Source: Candidatus Omnitrophota bacterium
Lineage (GTDB): Bacteria; Omnitrophota; Gorgyraeia; Aquiviventales; Aquiviventaceae
Length of the DNA: 60,209 bases
Direction: 5' to 3'
Assembly (NCBI GenBank): GCA_023247215.1
Contig: JAHFGX010000002.1
Span: 1 to 60,209 of the forward strand
Shown here: piece by piece, positions 39,603 through 47,810 of the stretch
Position numbering within the stretch: position 1 is the stretch's first letter
Layout: each line of letters starts with the position of its first letter
Translations under genes and position numbers: made by a program
The notes under the pieces: generated by a model
The model's input: only the letters and a program-made list of their open reading frames with translations
Databases searched by the model: none
What the model was told of the DNA's origin: nothing

Positions 39603-41312
39603 ATGGCTGAGCGACACGGCATGACGCAACCATTTTCCTCAAAGCGGAAGACGCTCCTGGGAGCCCTCCTCGTGGAGAAGGGGCTCTTGACGTCGCAGCA
39701 GTTGTCCGACGCCATCACGCGCCAGGCCGAAACGGGCGACTATCTCGGCGCACTGCTCATCCGCCAAGGGGTGATCACGGAATACCAGTTGATGGAGGTG
39801 TTGGCCGAGCAGGTGGGGATGCCGTGCGTCCACCTGTCCGAGGCGCGGATCGATCCGCAGGCGCTGGCGAAAGTCCCCCCGAAATTCGCCAGCCATTACC
39901 ACATCATGCCGCTGGCGATCTCAGAAGATGCGCTCCATATCGCCATCACTGATCCGTTCAACGTCCAGACGCTCGATGAGCTGCGGTTGCTGCTGGGCTG
40001 CGACGTCAAACCGGTCCTGGCCAGTCACAGTGACATCTCCGAAGCCATTGAGCGCCATTACGGCATCGGCGCCTCGGCGGTGGAACGGCTGCTGGACACG
40101 GACTTGCGCGCGGCCGCCCCCGTGACCATCGCCGAAGACCTGACTGTGAAAACGGACGTCGCCTCGGTCGTGTCCTTCGTCAACCAGTTGATTCTCTCGG
40201 CGGTCCGCGACCGGGCCACGGACATTCACATCGAGCCGTTTGACAAGTTCCTGCGGATTCGCCAGCGGATCGATGGCGTCATGTATGAGGTTTCCATCCC
40301 GACGGATCTGAACAAGCTGCACCAGACGATCGTCTCGCGCATCAAGGTTATGGCCAAGCTCGATATTGCCGAAAAGCGGCTGCCACAGGACGGCCGCATC
40401 AAGGTGCGGCTGGATAGTCAAGAGGTAGACCTGCGCATTTCCGTGCTCCCGAGCAGCTTCGGAGAGTCCGTCAACATCCGCCTCCTCTCCTCGGGGATGC
40501 TCCACAGCTTGGAGCAGCTCGGCCTGGACGGTCCGCAGATGGACCTCCTGCAGGAGCTGATCCAAAAACCGCATGGCATCATCTTCGTCACCGGGCCGAC
40601 CGGCTCAGGCAAGACCACCACGCTGTACGCTTGCCTGTCAAAACTCAATGCGCCTCACGTAAAGATTTTGACCATCGAAGATCCTATTGAGTACCAGCTG
40701 CAAGGCATCACGCAGCTGCAGGTGCATCCGAAGATCGGGTTCTCGTTCGCCGCGGGGCTGCGCTCGATGTTGCGGCACGATCCCGACATCATGATGGTGG
40801 GAGAAGTGCGCGACCCGGAAACCGCGGAGATCACGATCCGCAGCGCGCTCACGGGGCACCTGGTGTTTTCCACCCTCCATACCAATGACGCGGCCGGCGG
40901 CGTCACGCGGCTGCTTGATATGGGCGTCGAGCCGTTTTTGGTATCCTCTTCGGTGCTGTGCTTCATCGCCCAGCGGCTGGTCAGAGTCATGTGCCCCGCC
41001 TGCCGCGAAGAGTGCGCGGCGGATCCCACGCTGTTAGCAAAATTCAATGTGGGGGGGCCGCTGCCGACGACGTTGCAGTCGAGCCGAGGCTGCACGGACT
41101 GTAAAGGAACGGGATTTAAGGGACGGACCGCCATCTATGAATTTCTCGTTGTCAGCGACCCCATCCAGCAGCTCGTTCTCAAACGGGCGTCCTCCCATGA
41201 CATCGCCCGCGCCGCGCAACAGACCAACGACATGCGTACCTTGCGGCAGGACGGCTGGCGGAAGGTCCTCCGCGGCATCACGACGCCCGCGGAAGTCCTC
41301 CGGGTCACCTAG
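39603..41312 (+). CDS. gspE: type II secretion / MSHA-type assembly ATPase with N-terminal MshEN domain
   Basis: T2SSE_N region with a tandem MshEN motif, Walker A GPTGSGKTTT, Walker B IMMVGEVRD, His box, and the tetracysteine CPAC...CTDC. Start chosen after the REC stop. Confidence 0.9.
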   Translation: MAERHGMTQPFSSKRKTLLGALLVEKGLLTSQQLSDAITRQAETGDYLGALLIRQGVITEYQLMEVLAEQVGMPCVHLSEARIDPQALAKVPPKFASHYHIMPLAISEDALHIAITDPFNVQTLDELRLLLGCDVKPVLASHSDISEAIERHYGIGASAVERLLDTDLRAAAPVTIAEDLTVKTDVASVVSFVNQLILSAVRDRATDIHIEPFDKFLRIRQRIDGVMYEVSIPTDLNKLHQTIVSRIKVMAKLDIAEKRLPQDGRIKVRLDSQEVDLRISVLPSSFGESVNIRLLSSGMLHSLEQLGLDGPQMDLLQELIQKPHGIIFVTGPTGSGKTTTLYACLSKLNAPHVKILTIEDPIEYQLQGITQLQVHPKIGFSFAAGLRSMLRHDPDIMMVGEVRDPETAEITIRSALTGHLVFSTLHTNDAAGGVTRLLDMGVEPFLVSSSVLCFIAQRLVRVMCPACREECAADPTLLAKFNVGGPLPTTLQSSRGCTDCKGTGFKGRTAIYEFLVVSDPIQQLVLKRASSHDIARAAQQTNDMRTLRQDGWRKVLRGITTPAEVLRVT

Positions 41313-41345
41313 CCACCCCTTCCCCTGCGTGTTATACTCGTTGGA

Positions 41346-42554
41346 ATGCCCCAGTACGTCTACCGGGCCAAGGACAACACCCTGAACGTCATCGAAGGGA
41401 CGATTGAGGCGGACAACGAGGCGGCCGCGATCACCCGTCTTGGTAGTCAAGGGGTATTCCCGCTCGTGATTACCGAGGCGGTGGCCCCCCGCTCCAGCCG
41501 CCCGAGCGTTTCCCACCGCGCCATCCCCAGCCGCACGATCGCCTACATGACCCGCCAACTCGCCGATTTGTTGGGCGGTGGTCTCCCGCTGCTGAGTGCT
41601 CTGACGCTGTTGGCCAAGCAGACGGAGCATCGTCCGTTGCGGCAGGTCATCGACTCCTTGAGTGCGAGCGTGCGCGAGGGGCAGTCCTTGAGCGCTGCGA
41701 TGGCGTATCATCCTGAGGTGTTTTCCACGCTCTACCTGAATATGGTCAAAGCCGGGGAAGTCGGCGGAGGGTTGGAGACGGTGCTGGTGCGGCTGGCCGA
41801 TGTGGGCGAGGCGGACGCGGAGCTGCGGAGTCGCGTCGTCAGCGCGCTGGTGTATCCCGCTATCGTGCTCGGGATCGGTCTGGTGACGGTGGGGGTGCTG
41901 TTGGTTTACGTGATCCCAAAAATCACCGGCATCTTTTCGGAGAGCGGGCAGTTGTTGCCCCTACCGACGAGGATCCTGCTGACGATCAGCCAGACGGTGA
42001 CGCAGTGGTGGTGGACGCTGCTTCTCAGCGTGGTGGTGATCGTCTGGCTCACGCGGCAGTGGCGGCTTGCTCCTCATGGGCGCCAGGTGTTAGACCAGTG
42101 CGTCCTGCGCTTGCCGCTGGTCGGGACGCTGTCCCGCAAGCTGGAGACCGCCCGCTTTACCCGGAACCTCGGCGTGATGATCGGGCAGGGCGTTCCCATC
42201 TTGCAGGCGCTTGAGGTCGGCTCGCACAACGTCTCGAACGTCGTCATCCAACGGGCCTTGCGGCAGGTGCAGGAGGCGGTTCGCGACGGCACCAGCATCG
42301 CGTCGGCGCTGAGCGCCTGCGGGCAATTTCCGGTCTTTGTCAGCAATATGGTGTCACTGGGAGAAGAGTCCGCCACGGTGGATACGGCGCTACTCAAGGT
42401 GGCAGTCGCCTACGAGCGGGAGGTCGATCGGACCATGCGGACGCTGACGACGGTGTTGGAGCCGTTGCTGATCGTGGTGGTGGGGCTGATCGTCATGTTC
42501 ATTGTGATCTCGATATTGCTGCCGATCTTCAACATTGGATTGGTGGCGCAATGA
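41346..42554 (+). CDS. gspF: type II secretion system platform protein GspF/PilC
   Basis: 402 aa with two T2SSF repeats, 3 TM segments, and typical ...LL..G.PLL.AL... motifs. Confidence 0.9.
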   Translation: MPQYVYRAKDNTLNVIEGTIEADNEAAAITRLGSQGVFPLVITEAVAPRSSRPSVSHRAIPSRTIAYMTRQLADLLGGGLPLLSALTLLAKQTEHRPLRQVIDSLSASVREGQSLSAAMAYHPEVFSTLYLNMVKAGEVGGGLETVLVRLADVGEADAELRSRVVSALVYPAIVLGIGLVTVGVLLVYVIPKITGIFSESGQLLPLPTRILLTISQTVTQWWWTLLLSVVVIVWLTRQWRLAPHGRQVLDQCVLRLPLVGTLSRKLETARFTRNLGVMIGQGVPILQALEVGSHNVSNVVIQRALRQVQEAVRDGTSIASALSACGQFPVFVSNMVSLGEESATVDTALLKVAVAYEREVDRTMRTLTTVLEPLLIVVVGLIVMFIVISILLPIFNIGLVAQ

Positions 42555-43030
42555 TGCATCGAAATCTACACGAGGGGCAAGGGGCAGGGGCATGGAACAC
42601 ATCCCACGCCCCACGCCCCACGCCCCTTCGTGGGTTCACCCTCGTCGAGATTATGCTGGTGGTCATCATCATCGGGGTCCTCGCGGCGATGGTGATCCCG
42701 CGGTTTGCCGGGCGGACGGAGCAAGCTCGAATCGCCCGCGCCAAATCCGACATCGCCATCATCGGACAAGCGCTCGACCTGTACGAGTTGGACATCGGGC
42801 AATACCCGGAAAGCCTGGAGATGCTGGTACAGCGGGAAGCGCCCTCAAGCCTTGAGGAGGGCGCCGCCTTGCGGTGGAACGGACCCTACCTGAAAAAAGG
42901 CTTGCCGAAGGATCCCTGGGGGAGTCACTACCACTTCCGTGCGGAGTCTCAGCATAACCAAGACTACGATTTGTACTCGTTAGGCCCCGACGGTCAGGAA
43001 GGCCACGACGACATCACCGACTGGGAATGA
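42551..43030 (+). CDS. gspG: major pseudopilin GspG with an unusually long (28 aa) prepilin leader
   Basis: RG|FTLVEIMLVVIIIGVLAAMVIPRF class III signal, then the GspG core ARIARAKSDI...LDLYELDIGQYPESL...DPWG..Y...S. ATGATG overlaps the gspF stop. Confidence 0.85.
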   Translation: MMHRNLHEGQGAGAWNTSHAPRPTPLRGFTLVEIMLVVIIIGVLAAMVIPRFAGRTEQARIARAKSDIAIIGQALDLYELDIGQYPESLEMLVQREAPSSLEEGAALRWNGPYLKKGLPKDPWGSHYHFRAESQHNQDYDLYSLGPDGQEGHDDITDWE

Positions 43031-43046
43031 CCAGTGACATTGCGGA

Positions 43047-43580
43047 TTGCGAATTTCGGATTGCGGATTGAAACACCGGGATTCGAAGCCTCCTCGTAGC
43101 TTTACCTTAATCGAGTTGGTGTTTGTCGCCGTCGTGGTGGTTCTGCTACTGGTGGTTTCCCTCCCGCAGTTTTCCAAAACCTCACAACGCCTCCACGCCG
43201 AGCAGGTTGCGTTCGAGCTAGCGCAACTGTTGCGCTTCGCCAGGGAACAGGCGATCACCCGCGGGCACGTCGTCGTGTGGGTCTGGAATGCATCGGCGCG
43301 TCGTGCACGACTTGAGGCCCTCGATGGCACCGGCCAGCAAGTGCCGATTGCGGATCGCCTGGCGCAGAGTGCTGTTGTGCCAAGCGACGTCACACTCCGT
43401 CTGACGCAGGACGGCGCTCAAACCGATGCGGTGAAATTTTTTCCGGACGGCACCAGCCAGCCGACGAGCCTGCTTGTGAGCGGTGGTGCCACCGTCTATA
43501 CTGTGACGGTGGATGTTGCGACCAGCCAGGTGGCGGTGATGACCGATGCGACGACAGAGTCGGGGGCTGCTGCTCATTGA
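43047..43580 (+). CDS. gspH: minor pseudopilin, GspH-like
   Basis: RS|FTLIELVFVAVVVVLLLV prepilin-like N-terminus and a GspH-like body (AFELAQLLRFAREQAI). TTG start; an alternative TTG lies at 43068. Confidence 0.6.
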   Translation: MRISDCGLKHRDSKPPRSFTLIELVFVAVVVVLLLVVSLPQFSKTSQRLHAEQVAFELAQLLRFAREQAITRGHVVVWVWNASARRARLEALDGTGQQVPIADRLAQSAVVPSDVTLRLTQDGAQTDAVKFFPDGTSQPTSLLVSGGATVYTVTVDVATSQVAVMTDATTESGAAAH

Positions 43581-43941
43581 AGCCATCCTTGCCGCGGTGG
43601 TGATCGCGGTGGGGCTGGTCTTCGTCAGCCGCGGCCTCTCCAGCCAGCTCGAGGCACTTCGAACAGTCGAGGACTACGACACGCTGATGACGTTGGCGCG
43701 CAGCCGCCTGCTGACGCTTGAAGCGGAACGGACGGCAGGCCGCGTCACCGGCCACCTGAACGCAAGCGAGTTCGACGCCCCCTATCAACACTACCACTGG
43801 GCGATTACCACGCAGTCGCTGGGAGCCGACACGCTGTACCGCGAGGTGATCCTGACGGTGCGGCGGAGCGACGGCCCTTCGTCGGTGGTACAACTCTCCG
43901 AAGTTTGGCCGACCGAATGGGTTCCTGAAGAATGGCTCTGA
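43546..43941 (+). CDS. gspI: minor pseudopilin, GspI-like
   Basis: MRRQSRG|LLLIEAILAAVVIAVGLV with E+5. The size (131 aa) and its position after gspH fit GspI. Confidence 0.55.
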   Translation: MRRQSRGLLLIEAILAAVVIAVGLVFVSRGLSSQLEALRTVEDYDTLMTLARSRLLTLEAERTAGRVTGHLNASEFDAPYQHYHWAITTQSLGADTLYREVILTVRRSDGPSSVVQLSEVWPTEWVPEEWL

Positions 43942-44546
43942 GCCGGCGCGGCCTGACGTTCGTCGAACTGTTGATTGCAGCGACGATGCTGTCCATTCTG
44001 TTCGTGGGGTTGAGTGGGCACCTGCGAGGCGGCATCGAAGTGTGGCGGCGCGCCACGCACACCGTTGAGGCTCTTCAGCGTCAGCGGGTGGCGCTTGATC
44101 AGTTCGAGCAGGATCTGGTCCGCGCGATCCCCGCTACCGTCCCTCGCGACCCCTCGCTGCAGCCGAGCTTTGAGGCCGACCATCTTCGGTGGTGGACGGT
44201 GGTGCCAGCAGCAGCACAGCAGACCGGTCGAGTCCGTTTGGTTTCGTACGCCTGCAATCAGGTGAACGGAGTCGCAGGATTATGGAAGGTCAGCCAGTCG
44301 GTGGGTGAGGCGCGCGAACAGATGGCGGCCGAGCCCGTCCGATTGCTGGCCGGCTGCGAGGGGCTGTCGATCCGGTATGCGTATCTGCCGGCCGAGGGCG
44401 AGGGGCCGATCGAGTGGCAAGCCGACTGGGAATTTCCTGATGCGCTGCCGAAGCTGCTCGAGGTATCGGTCCGGCTGTCGTCGGGTCATGAGGTCAAACG
44501 GACGATGATGATCCCCATCGGCGTGTTGGAACCCCGTCCCTCGTAA
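43932..44546 (+). CDS. gspJ: minor pseudopilin, GspJ-like
   Basis: MALSRRG|LTFVELLIAATMLSILFV with E+5; 204 aa; position matches the G-H-I-J-K order. Confidence 0.55.
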   Translation: MALSRRGLTFVELLIAATMLSILFVGLSGHLRGGIEVWRRATHTVEALQRQRVALDQFEQDLVRAIPATVPRDPSLQPSFEADHLRWWTVVPAAAQQTGRVRLVSYACNQVNGVAGLWKVSQSVGEAREQMAAEPVRLLAGCEGLSIRYAYLPAEGEGPIEWQADWEFPDALPKLLEVSVRLSSGHEVKRTMMIPIGVLEPRPS

Positions 44547-45527
44547 ATGAAACGAGGCTCGTTGCTGATTGTGACCCTTTGGATGGTGACGCTCTTGAGC
44601 GTCTTGGCGATCGCCATGGCGAAATATCTGTCGCTCGAAGTCCGGCTGACCAAGTACCGGTTGGCGCGCGAGCAAGCGAAAGCGCTGGCCCGCAGCGGCG
44701 TGTATCTGGCAATGCAGCGGTTGGCGGCGGATGCGCAGCAGGCCGATGAACGGTATGACTGGTTGGGGGATGATTGGGCCATGTTTGCGCCTCCGGAGGG
44801 GGAGTTGGATCATCCGGCCGCATGGATTGTGCCGCTTCCGGCAGCAGGCTCAAGGGTTTCAGAACGTGGTCGGGTGGAAATTCAGATGATCGACGAAGAG
44901 CGAAAACTGAACCTCAATCAGATCGCCTGCGACCCCGCCTCTGCCACCTACAAGGCGTTCACCAACTTCTCAGAGACCGTGGGATGGGTCGAGAAGCTCG
45001 TCGATTATCACGATATGGATAGCACTCCGTGTGGCTCCAACGGCTTGGAGGAAGATGACGCTGTCCAGCCACCGTACAAAGCAAAGGACGCAGCGCTGGT
45101 GGCCCATGAAGAGGTGCTGGACATTCCGGGCTGGCCGGCCGAAACGCTCTCGACGATGCGACAATGGTCGACGGTGGCTGACCCCACCACTTCATCGAAT
45201 ATCACATTGAACATCAACACGGTGTCCCCGGAACTCTTGGTGGCGTTAGGCTTCGGCCAGGCGACAGCGCAGGCGCTGGCTGCCTGCCGTGAGCAGGGGA
45301 TGGTGTTCAAGGAGGCCTCCAACATCCTGACGACTGCGGAATCGTGCGCCGGTCCGTCCGGATTGAGCTCTGCTGAACGGAGCCTGCTGGCCAGCCAGTT
45401 TGTCGTCGCCTCGCAGACGTTTACCGTCATTTCGACCGGGATCGTGGCGGAGCTGGCGGTCAAGGTTCAGGTCGAAGCAATCGTTCAACGTTCGCCGGAG
45501 CTCAAGATCCTTGCGTGGAGAGAGTGA
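44547..45527 (+). CDS. gspK: minor pseudopilin GspK
   Basis: N-terminal hydrophobic segment lacking E+5, DEERKLNLNQ (GspK K-L-N-I-N motif), and a C-terminal HhH-like region. Confidence 0.7.
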   Translation: MKRGSLLIVTLWMVTLLSVLAIAMAKYLSLEVRLTKYRLAREQAKALARSGVYLAMQRLAADAQQADERYDWLGDDWAMFAPPEGELDHPAAWIVPLPAAGSRVSERGRVEIQMIDEERKLNLNQIACDPASATYKAFTNFSETVGWVEKLVDYHDMDSTPCGSNGLEEDDAVQPPYKAKDAALVAHEEVLDIPGWPAETLSTMRQWSTVADPTTSSNITLNINTVSPELLVALGFGQATAQALAACREQGMVFKEASNILTTAESCAGPSGLSSAERSLLASQFVVASQTFTVISTGIVAELAVKVQVEAIVQRSPELKILAWRE

Positions 45528-46933
45528 TGGCGACACGGATCGCGATTGAGTGGGCCCGCAATTCATTGCGACTGGCCGTCTCGAAGGGTTCGCAGGATCG
45601 GTGGCGCCTACGGGAGCTCCGCGTCGAGCCGTTCGAATCGGGCACGGCGCCGGCGGCCGTGTTGCGCACTGCCCTCAAGGCGCTGAGGCTGGGCGGGGGC
45701 GTGCGGGTGATCGGCGTGATTCCTCGCGAGCAAGTGATCTTGCGGGTGATGAAGTTTCCGACGACGTCATCCGAGGAGTTGCGGCAAATGGTGGAGCTGT
45801 CCGGCAAAGCGCAACTGCCCTATGCCACAGAGCAGGCGGTTGTCGACTACTCACTGATCGATCAGCGAGAGGGGTTTAGCACCGTCGCGATGGTCGCCTG
45901 CCAGCGCGACTTCTTGGAGCGGCAACTCCATCCCTTGCACGAAGCCGGTCTGCAGGTCGAGTGCTTGACCGTCAGTTCTTCCGGCGTGCTGGGCTGGTAT
46001 ACGGCCGCGCGGATGACCAGTCTGGTTGAACCGGTGCTCGTGATCAACCGCGATGAGGATCGGACGGATCTGGTGCTCATCAGAGACGGGAGGCTGTTGC
46101 TGACGCGAAGCATCCCCTCCGGCAGCGACGAGGATGGCCCGGAGCTGCTGACACATGAAATCGAGCAGAGCCTCTCCACACTGCGCAAGGACCTGCCGGG
46201 GATCGAGGTGCGTTCGTTGCTCTTGACCGGGGTCGGTCCGCTGGCGGCGTGGAAAGAGAAGGCGTCACAACACCTCAGCCTGCCGGCATCGGTTGTCGAT
46301 GGGGCGCAGCCGCTGACCGGACGGGCCATGAGCGAAACCGCTTCGGCGTCTCCGGTGGTTGTCGGCGGAGCGGCCTGCGCGCCAACGCGTCAACTCCTGA
46401 ACCTCAACCCGCCCGAAGTGCGGCAGACGACCCGCCACCAGTCGCAGGTGCGTGAGGTGGTGACGGTGGGGGCGCTCCTCTTGGCAGTCTTGGTGTTGGG
46501 GGGCAGCGTCTCGGCGTTGCACGTGTACCGTCAGTATCGTCTGATCGCGCGCATCGATCAGGCGATTTCGGAGGTGGATCCATTGACGCGTCAAACGAAA
46601 ACCGCGGCGCAGAGGGTCGAGCTCGTGACGGCGGTGCTTGAGCAACGTCGCCGGCTGGCCGCGTTGCTGGGCGGCGTCTTTCGAAGCACGCCATCGACGA
46701 TCACGCTGGACGCGCTGACGTTTGATCGCTTACGGCGCGAGATGGGGCTGCGTGGCCGCGCGCCGTCGACGCAAGACGTCCTGGCGTATCGCAAAGCGCT
46801 GGAACAGCTGGAGGGTGTGGCGGAAGCCCGCCTGAAGTACGCCACGGCACGACAGACGGCCGACGGCGAGCGCGCAGATTTTGAAATCCTCGTCAAGACC
46901 ACGGATCACGAACCCCGACCCGCAACGCGCTAA
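45527..46933 (+). CDS. PilM-PilN fusion (GspL-equivalent assembly platform protein)
   Basis: Actin-like PilM N-terminal domain, a TM segment VVTVGALLLAVLVLGGSV, and a PilN-like periplasmic C-terminus. ATG overlaps the gspK stop. Confidence 0.6.
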   Translation: MATRIAIEWARNSLRLAVSKGSQDRWRLRELRVEPFESGTAPAAVLRTALKALRLGGGVRVIGVIPREQVILRVMKFPTTSSEELRQMVELSGKAQLPYATEQAVVDYSLIDQREGFSTVAMVACQRDFLERQLHPLHEAGLQVECLTVSSSGVLGWYTAARMTSLVEPVLVINRDEDRTDLVLIRDGRLLLTRSIPSGSDEDGPELLTHEIEQSLSTLRKDLPGIEVRSLLLTGVGPLAAWKEKASQHLSLPASVVDGAQPLTGRAMSETASASPVVVGGAACAPTRQLLNLNPPEVRQTTRHQSQVREVVTVGALLLAVLVLGGSVSALHVYRQYRLIARIDQAISEVDPLTRQTKTAAQRVELVTAVLEQRRRLAALLGGVFRSTPSTITLDALTFDRLRREMGLRGRAPSTQDVLAYRKALEQLEGVAEARLKYATARQTADGERADFEILVKTTDHEPRPATR

Positions 46934-46934
46934 G

Positions 46935-47459
46935 ATGCCATCCTTCAGGCCACGTGAGCGCCGGTTGCTGCTGGTGACGTTGATCGTGATCGGTTGCTGG
47001 CTCATCGTTTCATGGCTGGTCGTGCCACTGAGCCATCGCGCCCAAGACTTGGAGCAGCGTGTGGATTCCCAGACGATGGCGCTTGAGGCCCTCAATCGTC
47101 TGCTGGCCCGGCAGACGTCGATTGAGCAGCACTACCAGGCGGTGGCCGGCTATCTATCAACAGACAAGCCGGAGGCTGCGGAAGAGCGGCTGTTGACCGA
47201 TTTGCAAATCTTTGCGCAGCAGGCGGGCGTGCAGATCAATCTCAAACCCAGACCTGCCAAACGGGAAGGGCAGGTGACTCGCGTGGGGGTCGAAGTCGAT
47301 CTGCACACCAACCAAGACAAACTGTTTGCGTTCCTCGACGCGCTGCTGAGGATGCCGAAGCTCGTGCAGATTGAGCATCTGCAGATCTCCGGCGCGCCGG
47401 GCCAACCCGGCATCCTCCATACCCAACTCCTCATCGAACAGCTGACCATTCCGCAATAG
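46935..47459 (+). CDS. GspM/PilO-like inner membrane platform protein
   Basis: N-terminal TM LLLVTLIVIGCWLIVSWLVV, a coiled coil, and a ferredoxin-like C-terminus (VGVEVDLHTNQDKLFAFLDAL). Confidence 0.55.
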   Translation: MPSFRPRERRLLLVTLIVIGCWLIVSWLVVPLSHRAQDLEQRVDSQTMALEALNRLLARQTSIEQHYQAVAGYLSTDKPEAAEERLLTDLQIFAQQAGVQINLKPRPAKREGQVTRVGVEVDLHTNQDKLFAFLDALLRMPKLVQIEHLQISGAPGQPGILHTQLLIEQLTIPQ

Positions 47460-47509
47460 GCCATGCGGACAACGATCAGCGAAGTGACGCATGCATTCCC
47501 GTTTTTATC

Positions 47510-47559
47510 TTGACCGAAATGTTGGTATGTGCTATGACTACTCTCTACTTAGAGAGTAG
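47510..47559 (+). promoter_or_regulatory. candidate promoter (TTGACC-N17-TATGAC) plus a perfect 10-bp inverted repeat
   Basis: TTGACC at 47510-47515 and TATGAC at 47533-47538. The palindrome CTACTCTCTA-ct-TAGAGAGTAG (47538-47559) ends 2 nt before the ATG. Confidence 0.45.
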
Positions 47560-47561
47560 AA

Positions 47562-47810
47562 ATGATTCGAGTAGATAACCTTTATCTGATCAAAGACTTA
47601 TCAAGGTTAAGCGGGCACTCGATCTATACCATTAAGTTCTATCTGAAGTTGGGGCTGATTCAGGAAGTCGGGCGAAGCCAAGAGACGCGGTTTCGCTATT
47701 TTAATGAAGAGACGTTAGAGCGCCTGGCGAGGATCCGTGCCTTACGCAAGGAAGGCAAGGGGTTGACCGACATCGCGCGTCTCTTGCCCACGATGGACCG
47801 CGCGGCATGA
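47562..47810 (+). CDS. short MerR-family HTH protein (DNA-binding domain only)
   Basis: 82 aa. YLIKDLSRLSGHSIYTIKFYLKLGLI...RFRYFNEETLERLARIRALRKEGKGLTDI matches the MerR HTH plus wing with no effector domain. Its stop overlaps the exeA-like start (ATGA). Confidence 0.7.
   Translation: MIRVDNLYLIKDLSRLSGHSIYTIKFYLKLGLIQEVGRSQETRFRYFNEETLERLARIRALRKEGKGLTDIARLLPTMDRAA

Noticed and set aside
42572-42628. GGGGC/GCCCC repeats considered as a CRISPR-like or tandem repeat array.
   Set aside because: The units are 5 nt, inverted rather than direct, without spacers, and lie inside a coding region. They are interpreted as one segmented hairpin. No CRISPR array is seen anywhere in the window.
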